From: a virus
Reading direction: 5' to 3' (one strand)
Virus record (IMG/VR): IMGVR_UViG_3300029723_000002
Location: 1-64,000 of that record
DNA: 64,000 nt
How positions within the stretch are numbered: the first letter of the stretch is position 1; each line of letters begins with the position of its first letter. This document shows, piece by piece, positions 11,330 through 20,361 of this stretch. The translations under genes and the position numbers were made by a program. The notes beneath the pieces are model-generated. The model did no database searches and was not told where the DNA came from. It saw only the letters and a program-made list of their open reading frames with translations.

Positions 11330-11854
11330 ATGAAAAGATTTAAAGATGAAGCAAGAGAAACCATGCCCGAAGGTGCAACTCCTCTGGATCCCAAAGATCT
11401 CGAACAAAAGGGACTGTTTTCACAGAATATTTTGCTGAAAGGAGACGTTATCGAGTTACCAGATGAACTCTCGTCCGACTATTTTTGTGAGGGCAAGCCG
11501 TTCAAAACCCGTGTCAAGAACAAGGAAACTGGTGAAATCGAAGACGGAGTTATACGACCCACGCTTATTTTCGTTCATCGCAATGGGGCACCGATTTGGA
11601 TGCCGCTTGGGAACTTTTTACGTGGCAATCGTGTGCACAATGCATCTGAATATCGCGAAGCTGCTGAAAAGCACCCTATCAACACGGAACTGCTCCGTGC
11701 TCAGCATCAAGGCGAAGCGGCCAAGATTTTGTGCACTGGGAAAACTCTCGAAGTTGTTGACTTCTTTGACGGCAAGTTCGCTCGTTTTGAAAAGAACGTC
11801 GTTGTGGAAGGTAAGTTCGATATCAAACGTATTCCGCTGTTTGCAGAGAAATAA
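11330..11854 (+). CDS. hypothetical protein, paralog of 12349..12819
   Basis: Track ORF. LEQKGLFSQNILLKGDVIELPDE...PLGNFLRGNR aligns with LEEKGLGIVSYGVQKGEVIEFPDTE...SIGGLRRMD in 12349..12819. Confidence 0.5.
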   Translation: MKRFKDEARETMPEGATPLDPKDLEQKGLFSQNILLKGDVIELPDELSSDYFCEGKPFKTRVKNKETGEIEDGVIRPTLIFVHRNGAPIWMPLGNFLRGNRVHNASEYREAAEKHPINTELLRAQHQGEAAKILCTGKTLEVVDFFDGKFARFEKNVVVEGKFDIKRIPLFAEK

Positions 11855-11859
11855 CAATC

Positions 11860-11897
11860 AACCCAACCCTGATCACTCGGGGTTGGGTTATATTTTT
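11860..11897 (+). terminator. rho-independent terminator
   Basis: aacccaaccc-tgatcactc-gggttgggtt followed by atattttt. Confidence 0.6.
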
Positions 11898-11973
11898 CTA
11901 CTAAACCAAAGCTACCAACAATTACCAAAGCTACCAACAAATATGTAGTGACATTTGAATTAAATTTTATAAT

Positions 11974-12306
11974 ATGAAACATAAAGTAGTATATAATAAC
12001 TGTTTTGGAGGATTTTCTTTATCAAAAGAAGCAGGTCAATGGCTTCTTGATCATAACATTGAAGATCCTTATAAACATGATATAGAACAGAGCTTACATT
12101 GGATAGAAGAAGATCCTGTTTTAAAAAGTGTATATTCTAGAATTCCAAGACATCATCCTCTCTTAGTTCAATGTGTAGAAGAACTTAGAGAAGCTGCAAA
12201 TGGTGAATGTGCAGAACTAGCTATCGAAGAAATCTACACTGACCATTACAGAATTACCGAATATGATGGTAACGAATCTGTAGAAACATCAGATACTATT
12301 AACTGA
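11974..12306 (+). CDS. hypothetical protein
   Basis: Track ORF. Confidence 0.45.
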   Translation: MKHKVVYNNCFGGFSLSKEAGQWLLDHNIEDPYKHDIEQSLHWIEEDPVLKSVYSRIPRHHPLLVQCVEELREAANGECAELAIEEIYTDHYRITEYDGNESVETSDTIN

Positions 12307-12348
12307 ACATCAATTGAGTGATAAACCTTTTAAACCTATTTATATAAT

Positions 12349-12819
12349 ATGAAAAAATTTGCAAAAGAAGAACTGGCACCGATTCCTGAACGTAACGGCC
12401 TCAAAGCTAAAGAGGTAAGTCTGAAAGCACTCGAAGAAAAAGGTCTGGGTATCGTTTCATACGGTGTGCAGAAGGGAGAAGTCATCGAATTCCCTGACAC
12501 CGAAGAAGACGCAACTGTATGGGCACGGCCTGTTCGTGAAAACGGTCCTGAAGAAATGCTCGTCGCTGTAAAACGCAACGACAAACCCAGCTGGTTCAGT
12601 ATCGGCGGACTTCGTCGTATGGACTATCAGGGTAAACCTGTAGGTCCTGTATGCGAGGATCTGCGCTCGTGCAGCAACGATTACGAACGTGTGAAACGTA
12701 TGCTGGGTAAGAAGATCACGGCAAACGAAACCACTGAAATCCAGGTATATCACTTCGACAATGGGGTTCGTACTACTGACCTCGAACCTCGTACTGTACC
12801 TGTACTCGTTTATGCCTAA
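12349..12819 (+). CDS. hypothetical protein, paralog of 11330..11854
   Basis: Track ORF. The paralogy to 11330..11854 was seen in the sequence. Confidence 0.5.
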   Translation: MKKFAKEELAPIPERNGLKAKEVSLKALEEKGLGIVSYGVQKGEVIEFPDTEEDATVWARPVRENGPEEMLVAVKRNDKPSWFSIGGLRRMDYQGKPVGPVCEDLRSCSNDYERVKRMLGKKITANETTEIQVYHFDNGVRTTDLEPRTVPVLVYA

Positions 12820-12841
12820 ACGACGAAATGGAGAAATAACA

Positions 12842-12877
12842 GTTAAGGGCTTTTGAGATAAGCCCTTAACTTCTCTC
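12842..12877 (+). terminator. terminator-like hairpin
   Basis: gttaagggc-ttttgagataa-gcccttaac, then ttctctc (weak T-run). Confidence 0.4.
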
Positions 12878-13013
12878 AAAACAAATGCTGGGAATTATAG
12901 TATAGTCAACTGACGAGGATGATATCACAACCCAGAAAGCTACTTCACACTATGTAGTAACTCTCAAGGACAATGATTCATCCAACGTTGTATACACGTT
13001 AAAAATCAATAAC

Positions 13014-13166
13014 ATGGAAACAATTTACTCAATAATCATCTTTCTTATAGGCATATTCTTAGCGGTATACATCTTCTCAGTATTCTTCCAAATTATGCCT
13101 GTAGTAGCGATTATCCTAATTATCGTAGCCGTAGGTCTCATAATCTACAACGCTACAACCAATTAA
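13014..13166 (+). CDS. small membrane protein (50 aa)
   Basis: METIYSIIIFLIGIFLAVYIFSVFFQIMPVVAIILIIVAVGLIIYNATTN*. Below the 60-aa cutoff of the ORF track. Confidence 0.35.
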   Translation: METIYSIIIFLIGIFLAVYIFSVFFQIMPVVAIILIIVAVGLIIYNATTN

Positions 13167-13250
13167 CACACACAAAGCCATAAACTCCTTCCAAGTTGTT
13201 GAGGACACTCAGGCTCCCACATCATAACGTGGTTCGAGTGTAAAACACAC

Positions 13251-13547
13251 CTGTCAAAATGTCAGTTGAACATGACAAATTGGCAGATAAAACTGACAAA
13301 ATGTCAGTATCACTGTCGGGATGATAGGGATTTTTTTTTCAGTCATAACGTAAGTTTTTATGGGTAGTGTAAGGATGAAGAATTAGTTGAATTGATTGAT
13401 GTAACTTGTTGATTATCAACCTCTTCTTCATCCTCTACACTTTTTTATTCTCTCGAAAGTTCACAAAATGTGGGATATATATTATTTATATATTCCTCAT
13501 TTTCAACATATTGCCAAATATGACATAATGTCAGTTTTCTGACAGTG
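13251..13547. promoter_or_regulatory. cluster of TGACA-N3-TGTCA palindromic operator-like sites in an 800-bp non-coding switch region
   Basis: ctgtcaaaatgtcag (13251-13265), perfect palindrome ctgacaaaatgtcag (13293-13307), tgacataatgtcag (13521-13534), plus extra ctgacag half-sites. A long imperfect hairpin, gtgtaaggatgaagaa...ttcttcatcctctacac followed by ttttttatt, lies at about 13366-13450. Confidence 0.4.
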
Positions 13548-13682
13548 TACCATTATACACATCTTATTTTAAAAAATCAAAGCTATATAGTTTTTGAATT
13601 CACATGTTTTAAACAATATAAATATCATTAAATGGATAATCTATATTGTTTCTTTAAGATTTAAAATTAAAAATAACATATT

Positions 13683-14036
13683 ATGATTATTCGATTCTCT
13701 AAGAGTACTTCTGATCAAATTACCACACTTGAAGAAGTGCATGTATGTATGCCTATTTTCGATAAGTTTCAAGTTTTAAAAGGGTTTAATCTTGTTTTGG
13801 AAAAGAAAGATGGAAATCTTGGAGAGTTAGTTCTTCGAAAAGATGTAGACTTTGATCTAGACCAATTTGAAATTGCCAAGGATGATAATGTCCCTTGTTT
13901 ATTTCAAATGACGCTTGCCTTAGAAGAAGCTGGTTTAAATCCAGGTGATTTTAATTCTGAAGAAGATTTTCTTGAAGCTGTTTATAAGGCAGGATTAATA
14001 AAAGGATCTAATTTTGAACCTATCGAAATAAATTAG
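13683..14036 (+). CDS. hypothetical acidic protein
   Basis: Track ORF. Confidence 0.45.
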   Translation: MIIRFSKSTSDQITTLEEVHVCMPIFDKFQVLKGFNLVLEKKDGNLGELVLRKDVDFDLDQFEIAKDDNVPCLFQMTLALEEAGLNPGDFNSEEDFLEAVYKAGLIKGSNFEPIEIN

Positions 14037-14039
14037 TAT

Positions 14040-14336
14040 ATGATACACTTTTGTATTTACGAAGATACATTTCCAAATTTATATAAATGGTTGATGGAAA
14101 CATATCAACCTAATATGGATAACTTTTCTGATAAAGAAGGAGAACCCTATTTCTATATAGATTTTCAAAATAATCAAATTATTTTCAATCGGGATTCTTT
14201 TAAACTTCCTAGTAACGTTAGAAGACAGATTTTAACAACTAAAGTTGTATTAGAATTACAAGTAACTACTGGACTGTTTACTATTGTAACACCTGAAAGA
14301 AAAATATATTCTAAAAAATTAGAAACATATAAGTAA
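14040..14336 (+). CDS. hypothetical protein
   Basis: Track ORF. Confidence 0.45.
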   Translation: MIHFCIYEDTFPNLYKWLMETYQPNMDNFSDKEGEPYFYIDFQNNQIIFNRDSFKLPSNVRRQILTTKVVLELQVTTGLFTIVTPERKIYSKKLETYK

Positions 14337-14687
14337 ATAGTTATATTTAATAACAAAATCCTAAGAGTTCTGCAGAGCTACTTAGGTCTTATATAGCTTC
14401 GTCAACTATATCATGAGATACTGAAGGTGACTCCAAACTTGATTATAGATACCGTAAAACTTTCTATAATTAATAAACTTTAAGTTATCCAGCGTACAAT
14501 GGGATTATATGAGTTTATTTAATTACAAAACTCTCAATTTCGAATAAGAGATGGTTACCCATAGCTAGGGTGGACAGTGTTGTAGTATAATGGATTACGC
14601 GTAACTCCGTAAAAAAGAGGAGAAGAGATGTAAGTTTCGAGACTTACCAACACACAATTAAGTTTAACAATATCTAAAATTGTAATT

Positions 14688-14921
14688 ATGTATATCTCAA
14701 AGAAAACCATGCGGCAAAAAGATTTTGCTGCTTTGAAAGCCAAGAAACCTGGTTTTAAAAAGTTCAAACTGGGTAAATCCATGCTCTATCGTACCAAACG
14801 TGGTTGGTTTTTGTCATCTCCTAATGAGGAGACAAAGAAGTATGATGTTGGGGAGATTTCTATCACACAAGCTCAATTCTTGTTAGACTCTTACAACATT
14901 AACTACCAAACAGGTTGGTAA
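14688..14921 (+). CDS. small basic protein
   Basis: Track ORF. Confidence 0.4.
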   Translation: MYISKKTMRQKDFAALKAKKPGFKKFKLGKSMLYRTKRGWFLSSPNEETKKYDVGEISITQAQFLLDSYNINYQTGW

Positions 14922-15274
14922 TCATATATTGTTCAGTTTACTAACTAAGTATTAACCTTAATCTAGTAGATAATGAGGATTAGAGATATGCCGTAGTATA
15001 GACTTATTATGATGAATATTTAATTATTGAATAGTAGGTGGTTACTTACCGCAGTGTAACATATTAGGCTATTAGAGATTAGTTTCTCTAATAGCCACTA
15101 ATTAATTTTATTTTAATTATACTCTTCTAAGTAAAAGTTATTTTACAAAAAAAAAATTAAAGGCTCACTCCGAAATAACTTCAAGGATCAATCACAAAAT
15201 GTTTGTTATTCATATAAAAAAGTTCGTCCAAATTAAAATAACCTATACTTAGAAGAGTTTTTAAAATTACAATT

Positions 15275-15994
15275 ATGGCAAATTTATTTTCTGACGATAC
15301 TAAATATCGGAAAACATGGTTAATCAACCGTGAACAAGCTCGTAAACTCCAAATTCTAGAGTCAAACCGAGACGTTGATCTCAAACGAGTAAAGTCGATT
15401 TATCAAGCTATTACAGAAGGTAAATGGATGCCTGCAATATATATTGATAAAAACTATTTTATCATTGATGGCCAACATCGTTATTACGCCTATTTGATGG
15501 CATGGGATAACGGTATTGATTGTGAAATGCCTGTTGAGGAAGTAGTCTCTAACGAATCTACTATTGATCTAGTTATTGCATTCAATTCTAAACGTAAGAA
15601 TTGGGTTGCTAAGAACTATATGAAATCTTACTGTACTCGCGGTAACAAAAATTATTTAAGAGTAGAGAAGTTGATGCAGAAATTTCCTGCTCTCGATCTT
15701 AAAGCAGCTGTACAGATTCTTAAAGGTTCTCATTCAACAAGCACTTTCAACAATGGAGCATTGAAAGTTTCTCCTGCGGATTATGCAACGGCATTATCTC
15801 GTTGTAGAGCACTTCAATCAATGGCTTCACATTTATCGAATATTGTTTTCAGACGGGATATTATTCTTGCTTTTTATAAAGTAGTAGATGATATTCCTGA
15901 CTTTCAACAGTTTCTCCAAAATATCCAGGAATTCAAATGTCCTTTAACAGAACGTAATTCTGATTGGATTGAAGCTTATAAAGCATTGTTTTAA
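15275..15994 (+). CDS. ParB/Srx-like nuclease domain protein (DGQHR motif)
   Basis: YFIIDGQHRYYAY matches the ParB-like/DUF262 DGxHR signature. Confidence 0.5.
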   Translation: MANLFSDDTKYRKTWLINREQARKLQILESNRDVDLKRVKSIYQAITEGKWMPAIYIDKNYFIIDGQHRYYAYLMAWDNGIDCEMPVEEVVSNESTIDLVIAFNSKRKNWVAKNYMKSYCTRGNKNYLRVEKLMQKFPALDLKAAVQILKGSHSTSTFNNGALKVSPADYATALSRCRALQSMASHLSNIVFRRDIILAFYKVVDDIPDFQQFLQNIQEFKCPLTERNSDWIEAYKALF

Positions 15995-16064
15995 AACTAT
16001 CACAAAATGTTTTTTATAGTGTAGAGATTATTTTATATCTTTGTAAGATAATCTCTATGCATTT

Positions 16065-16149
16065 GCTCCTGTGGTGAAAATGGTAAACACACACCTCTTA
16101 AGAGGGTGCGCCGTAAGGCTTGTCAGTTCGAGTCTGACCAGGAGTACCA
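16065..16149 (+). tRNA. tRNA-Leu(UAA), type II, CCA encoded
   Basis: Hand-folded. Acceptor gctcctg/caggagt. Three-bp D-stem gtg/cac. Anticodon stem cacct/gggtg with loop cttaaga. Variable arm gccgtaaggc. T-arm gtcag-ttcgagt-ctgac. Discriminator a, then cca. Confidence 0.7.
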
Positions 16150-16182
16150 ACTTTATAAAATCAAGCTTAAAATAAAACTATA

Positions 16183-16434
16183 ATGTTTATATTGTTAAAT
16201 AATGTCCCTATAAATACTTTAGATATTACTAAAGTAAGTTCTGTTTTTAAAGTTAGTCCTACTCACATATTTCCTCATACACAAGAGGGATATAGATTTT
16301 CAGTAGAAATGAAAGATAAAAAGAGGATTATGTCTAAGCTCTATAAAACAGAAGATGAAGCCGTAAATTCTATGAAAAATTTACTTCTTAAAATTAATAC
16401 CAATATTGCTGAGTTACCTGTAATAAGTATATAA
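16183..16434 (+). CDS. hypothetical protein
   Basis: Track ORF. Confidence 0.45.
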   Translation: MFILLNNVPINTLDITKVSSVFKVSPTHIFPHTQEGYRFSVEMKDKKRIMSKLYKTEDEAVNSMKNLLLKINTNIAELPVISI

Positions 16435-16436
16435 GT

Positions 16437-16622
16437 ATGCAAAGAATAACTTGTAAGACTGCAGAGTTAGCTGTAAAGAAAGGTTATCCTATTTGTAGAA
16501 ATAAATATTATCCTGTTCAGTATAGTTATGGAGATTCTATAAAAGGTGAAAATGCTCCTACATATGAGTATAGTAAAGGAACATGTGAATTATATTCTGA
16601 TATAATTCTTGCTTTATGGTAA
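16437..16622 (+). CDS. small Cys-containing protein; an in-frame ORF continues after its TAA to 16835
   Basis: Track ORF. See the finding about a 71-codon stop-free in-frame continuation beyond the TAA. Confidence 0.4.
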   Translation: MQRITCKTAELAVKKGYPICRNKYYPVQYSYGDSIKGENAPTYEYSKGTCELYSDIILALW

Positions 16623-17267
16623 GAGGAGTTAGCTGAATGGCTTCGAATTAAAAACATTTTCATAACTTTACTTCGTCCTAATAAACGACTAACTAAATGG
16701 TATGGTGAAGTATGGCATATTAAAGATGAAGATTGGCATACTGATCTTGAAATTGAAGGTAATTCTGCTGAAGACTGTTTCGAGCAAGGACTACAGGTTG
16801 GATTATCTTTATTGCCTGATATAGTTGATGAGTAATTTTAAAATCCTGATAATGTAGATGCTCCTATTAACGAAAGTTAATTGCTACAAAAACAGGTTAG
16901 GTCATAGAGAGCACTATGACAAGGGATAAACTCCAATGAATACAGAAAGGAGATCCCGATGACAGGATGCATAGCAACCTCGATTTGAAAAATAGTTTGA
17001 TAAAGATTGTCATTTTTTTATAATTTCAAATAATACTATATCTACAGCAGCGACGCAGGAAGTTGTACAATCTGTTTTCAGAGCACTGTAATGAGTAGAG
17101 AGTCAGATGTATAGTATTATTTTATTAATTTATAAATAGTTATCGAGGCAATAGGAATTAGACAACGAACGAGACAGGAGTCTAAGAAGGAGGTATTTTA
17201 AAGAATAATACTATCGAGTCTCAACGTATTATTTTGAGAAATGTGTAGATAATTATTTACATTATAT

Positions 17268-17483
17268 ATTACAGTGATGGAATTGGTAGACATGTGAAGT
17301 TTATAGAAAGTATGTTGATTATATAGAAAATATATAAGAAGGGTAACTGTTAACCTAGGATACACATGTGATAAAGGCGAAGTAAATCTGCAGAAGCTCC
17401 CTGTTACTTCCAGACTTAATATTTTCTATGAACTTCAAGATTATTGGTACTAATCGTTGCAAGTTCGAGTCTTGCCTGTAATA
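17268..17483 (+). tRNA. split type-II (Leu-like) tRNA gene interrupted by a 126-nt insertion in the anticodon loop (exons 17268..17304 and 17431..17483)
   Basis: Perfect acceptor pairing attacag/ctgtaat. Leu-like D-arm atg-gaattggtaga-cat. Anticodon stem tgaag (17295-99) pairs with cttca (17433-37). Variable stem-loop gatta-ttggtac-taatc. T-arm gcaag-ttcgagt-cttgc. The anticodon-loop identity is ambiguous (UAU or UAG depending on the exact junction). Confidence 0.5.
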
Positions 17484-17627
17484 TATATTTATTTATATTT
17501 AACCTTTCAAGCTTCAGTAAACTTGGATAATTTGCTCAAATCGAGAGGTATACATAGATTAACTCAATGACCAAGTAAGAGAGTTAGTATTTGCTGCGAT
17601 GGTGGAATAGGTAGACACGAGGGACTT

Positions 17628-18451
17628 TAACAAATAAATTCATTTTTTATTTGGTATAGATAAAGCTTTTTAATATCTTTGTATACAATAAATATATAAA
17701 GAATATGTCAAAAGTAAAATGAACCAAAGAACTACTTGAAAAAATAGTACCTGAATGTTATTCATATGCAGAGGTGCTAAGAAGAGTGGGATTAAAGCCT
17801 ATGGGTAGTAATCCAAAGACTTTAATTAAAAAATTAAATGAATTTAACATAGATTATTCACATTTTACAGGACAAGGATGAAATAAATACGGACATCCAA
17901 GTTTTGGAAACTCAGGAAAAGCACTTACAAGTGTGTTGAATAAAAATAGTTCTTTGCCTTCTTCAAAGGTTAAAGAAAGATTACTAAATAATCACTTGAA
18001 AGAGAATAAGTGTGAAGTATGCGGTATTACTGAATGACAAGGTTCTCCAATTATATGTGAATTACATCACATTAATGGAGACACAACTGATAACAGGATT
18101 GAAAATTTACAAATATTATGTCCTAATTGTCATAGTCAAACAGATAATTTTAGACGCAGAAATGTGAAAAAGGTAGTGAGCACTCAGAAGGAAACTTCTG
18201 ATGTGAATGTAGGCTAATTCGGCGAAGGTATCAGCCTTATAAATGATAATAACGCCGAGCTAAGTAAGTAGAAGGAATTTTCGTTTTTGTTCGTAATTCT
18301 TAATATATCGTCCAACGGGAGTGTATGTATACTAGCACCGACGCGATAACTTCTACTTTAAATGTGTAGAGACTATACACCTACCTCCTAAACTGAAAAG
18401 CATGGAGAAGACATAGTCCACGTAATTAGCTGATTCTCAGGCTATTACGAG
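17628..18451 (+). mobile_element. group I intron (824 nt) carrying an HNH homing endonuclease ORF
   Basis: Core elements seen downstream of the ORF: P4 pairing ttcggcg...cgccga, an R-like gtagagactata and an S-like gaagacatagtcca. The last nucleotide is G. Confidence 0.6.
17705..18217 (+). CDS. intron-encoded HNH homing endonuclease (170 aa), 3 in-frame TGA = Trp
   Basis: MSKVK W TKELLEKIVPECYSYAEVLRRVGLKPMGSNPKTLIKKLNEFNIDYSHFTGQG W NKYGH...CEVCGITE W QGSPIICELHHINGDTTDNRIENLQILCPNCHS. The GQGWNK and EW tryptophans are encoded by TGA. Confidence 0.7.
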
Positions 18452-18525
18452 AAAATCCCTTGGGCAGTGATGCCCGTGCGAGTTCGATTCTCGCTCGCAG
18501 TACAAAAATTTAATTTTGTTGTGAT

Positions 18526-19359
18526 ATGATGATTATAGATAAAATTAAAAAGATGTTAGGATACAATATATTAACCTTAAGGCAAAATAAAGAAACAGAT
18601 ATCGATGATTATGATATTGCATTAATTAAGTTATGTAAGATGTTTCGTATTAATATCAAACATCAACAATTTTTTGCAGATCATATTGTTGATTCTGTTA
18701 AGATTCCATATCATCCATACGATTATTGTGAAAAGTTATTAATAGACGATTTATATAGAAGACCTTCAATTAAAAGAAATCATCATTTAATATTCTTTCA
18801 ATATCTAGTAAGACTATTATGCCAAAAAGAGGAAATCTCAAGTAGAAGAATCAATACTTTTGAGTATATTGGTACTTATATGCTTATTAAATACAATAGA
18901 GAATATATCCAAGAGTTGATTAAAAAATGGAGTTCTCCAGAATGTGATCCTTGTTTCCATGTTTGGCAAGATTGTGTAAAATACTATCAAGCATTTCGGG
19001 TTAACTATATGTTTAATAGTTATGACATTAATCTAAGAAAAGCAAGGAAAATCTTTTCACTAAATTCAAAATCAGTGGACTTCGAATGGTATGTTTGGGA
19101 TAATAGTGCCAGTTGGTTATATACCTGGTTTGCAGAAATCACTAAACAGCATAAAGTTTATAGATCGTCACATTCAACAGTAAAAGATAGACTAACTCAA
19201 TGTTTTAATACTCTTGAAATCACCTATACAAAAAATAAAAGTATCATTAAAAGCGCTTATAAAAGAGCGTGTTTAAAATCTCATCCTGACAAAGGTGGTA
19301 GTCAAGAAAAATTCATTGAAGTTACTCAAAGTTACGAATACATAATGACACATGTGTAG
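18526..19359 (+). CDS. DnaJ (J-domain) protein
   Basis: The C-terminal AYKRACLKSHPDKGGSQEKFIEVTQSYEYI carries the HPD motif of J-domains. Confidence 0.55.
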   Translation: MMIIDKIKKMLGYNILTLRQNKETDIDDYDIALIKLCKMFRINIKHQQFFADHIVDSVKIPYHPYDYCEKLLIDDLYRRPSIKRNHHLIFFQYLVRLLCQKEEISSRRINTFEYIGTYMLIKYNREYIQELIKKWSSPECDPCFHVWQDCVKYYQAFRVNYMFNSYDINLRKARKIFSLNSKSVDFEWYVWDNSASWLYTWFAEITKQHKVYRSSHSTVKDRLTQCFNTLEITYTKNKSIIKSAYKRACLKSHPDKGGSQEKFIEVTQSYEYIMTHV

Positions 19360-19621
19360 TACACAAGAATTACTTAAACCTAAAGGCTATAAAGGATCCA
19401 ATGATCTTTCTGAAATTATTAACTGATTACACTCATATGGAATATTCATAGAGGTGGGAGTACGATGAAATGAAGACGGAACTTTAATGCAAGGATATTT
19501 TGGAAAACTCTGATTACCTCCATATGAAAATATGTGAATCAGTCCATCTTATATTACATTTTCACAAGCAGTTGATACTGTTATCAGTAAAGCTTTAGCC
19601 TTTTTGCCAGATAGTAAATAA
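19352..19621 (+). CDS. hypothetical protein (89 aa) with 5 in-frame TGA
   Basis: The ATG overlaps the end of the DnaJ gene. MCSTQELLKPKGYKGSNDLSEIIN W LHSYGIFIEVGVR W NEDGTLMQGYFGKL W LPPYENM W ISPSYITFSQ... Stop is TAA at 19619-19621. Confidence 0.35.
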
Positions 19622-19634
19622 TTTGAAAGGGTCA

Positions 19635-19721
19635 GTAGAAGTAACGCGTAAGGGATGACCGCACCAGTCTTCTAAACTGGAATCTGAAAAGATTTTGAGG
19701 GTTCGAATCCCTCCTTCTACA
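19635..19721 (+). tRNA. tRNA-like gene with a type-II (long variable arm) body, anticodon loop cuUCUaa (UCU) and an irregular acceptor-to-D linker; possibly a pseudo-tRNA
   Basis: Acceptor gtagaag/cttctac. T-arm gaggg-ttcgaat-ccctc. Anticodon stem ccagt/actgg with loop cttctaa. Sixteen-nt variable region aatctgaaaagatttt. There are 4 nt (taac) rather than 2 before the D-stem gcg/cgc. Confidence 0.35.
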
Positions 19722-19779
19722 CATAAAATGCAAGTTGTTGGTTTGAGCCCAACCAGGGATACAAATTATATTAATAACT

Positions 19780-20355
19780 ATGGATAAGTTAGATAAATAC
19801 TTAAGAAAAGTTTCACATTCTGTTGTACAGTCCAGTATTTCTGAATCAAGATATTATACAATTGGTAGTACAATAATTAGAGTTTCAAGTCATATTGGAC
19901 GTCATTCTGATGGAGACTTTACAATTATTATAGATCGCAATAACAATTATTTGCTTTATAATGCAAAAAGTCAAAGTGTACATCTAGTTTCCTATAGTGA
20001 AGTTAAATTATTCATTAAAAGTATAGTTCTTTGTTTCGAAACATTCTCAATTGGAAATCCAAGACTTCATCAACAATTATGCTTTGACAATACTAATTTG
20101 AAACTGGAGAATGCAAGATTGTCTAAATATGTTCGATCCTTAGAAGAAAAGTTAGCAGAGATACCTCTTCTTGAGAGTACAAAACTAAGTGAAGTTGATC
20201 CAAGTAAAAGACAATATTTTATTCACAGGCTAACTAAAAAACAAAGACAGCGAGTTAAAGAGGTTTTTAGATTTTCTTCACTTCAAACACTAACAGAAGA
20301 GCAACTAAAGTCTATATTTACTTTTCCTGAATTTCAAACTTGGTATATTCCATAA
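19780..20355 (+). CDS. hypothetical protein
   Basis: Track ORF. Confidence 0.45.
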   Translation: MDKLDKYLRKVSHSVVQSSISESRYYTIGSTIIRVSSHIGRHSDGDFTIIIDRNNNYLLYNAKSQSVHLVSYSEVKLFIKSIVLCFETFSIGNPRLHQQLCFDNTNLKLENARLSKYVRSLEEKLAEIPLLESTKLSEVDPSKRQYFIHRLTKKQRQRVKEVFRFSSLQTLTEEQLKSIFTFPEFQTWYIP

Positions 20356-20361
20356 TAAATT

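Larger units (their letters stand above)
17593..18502 (+). tRNA. tRNA-Leu(UAA) gene interrupted by a group I intron at the canonical U34/A35 site (exon 1 17593..17627, exon 2 18452..18502)
   Basis: Exon 1, GCTGCGATGGTGGAATAGGTAGACACGAGGGACTT, is 35 nt and ends ...GGGACTT. Exon 2 begins AAAATCCCTTGGG..., then the T-arm gcgag-ttcgatt-ctcgc and acceptor tcgcagt-a. The layout is the same as the cyanobacterial/plastid trnL(UAA) split gene. The acceptor pairs gctgcga/tcgcagt. Confidence 0.65.

Noticed and set aside
11463-12879. Track ORFs 11463..11948 (+), 11618..11857 (-), 11707..11982 (-), 12336..12584 (-) and 12457..12879 (-)
   Set aside because: They overlap the GC-rich paralogous genes in other frames or on the opposite strand. 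High GC inflates spurious ORF length. They have low-complexity, non-protein-like composition.
12896-12950. Possible tRNA (ctgggaa...cccaga inverted repeat)
   Set aside because: No ttcga-type T-loop or D-arm. It is just a hairpin in the leader of the small membrane ORF.
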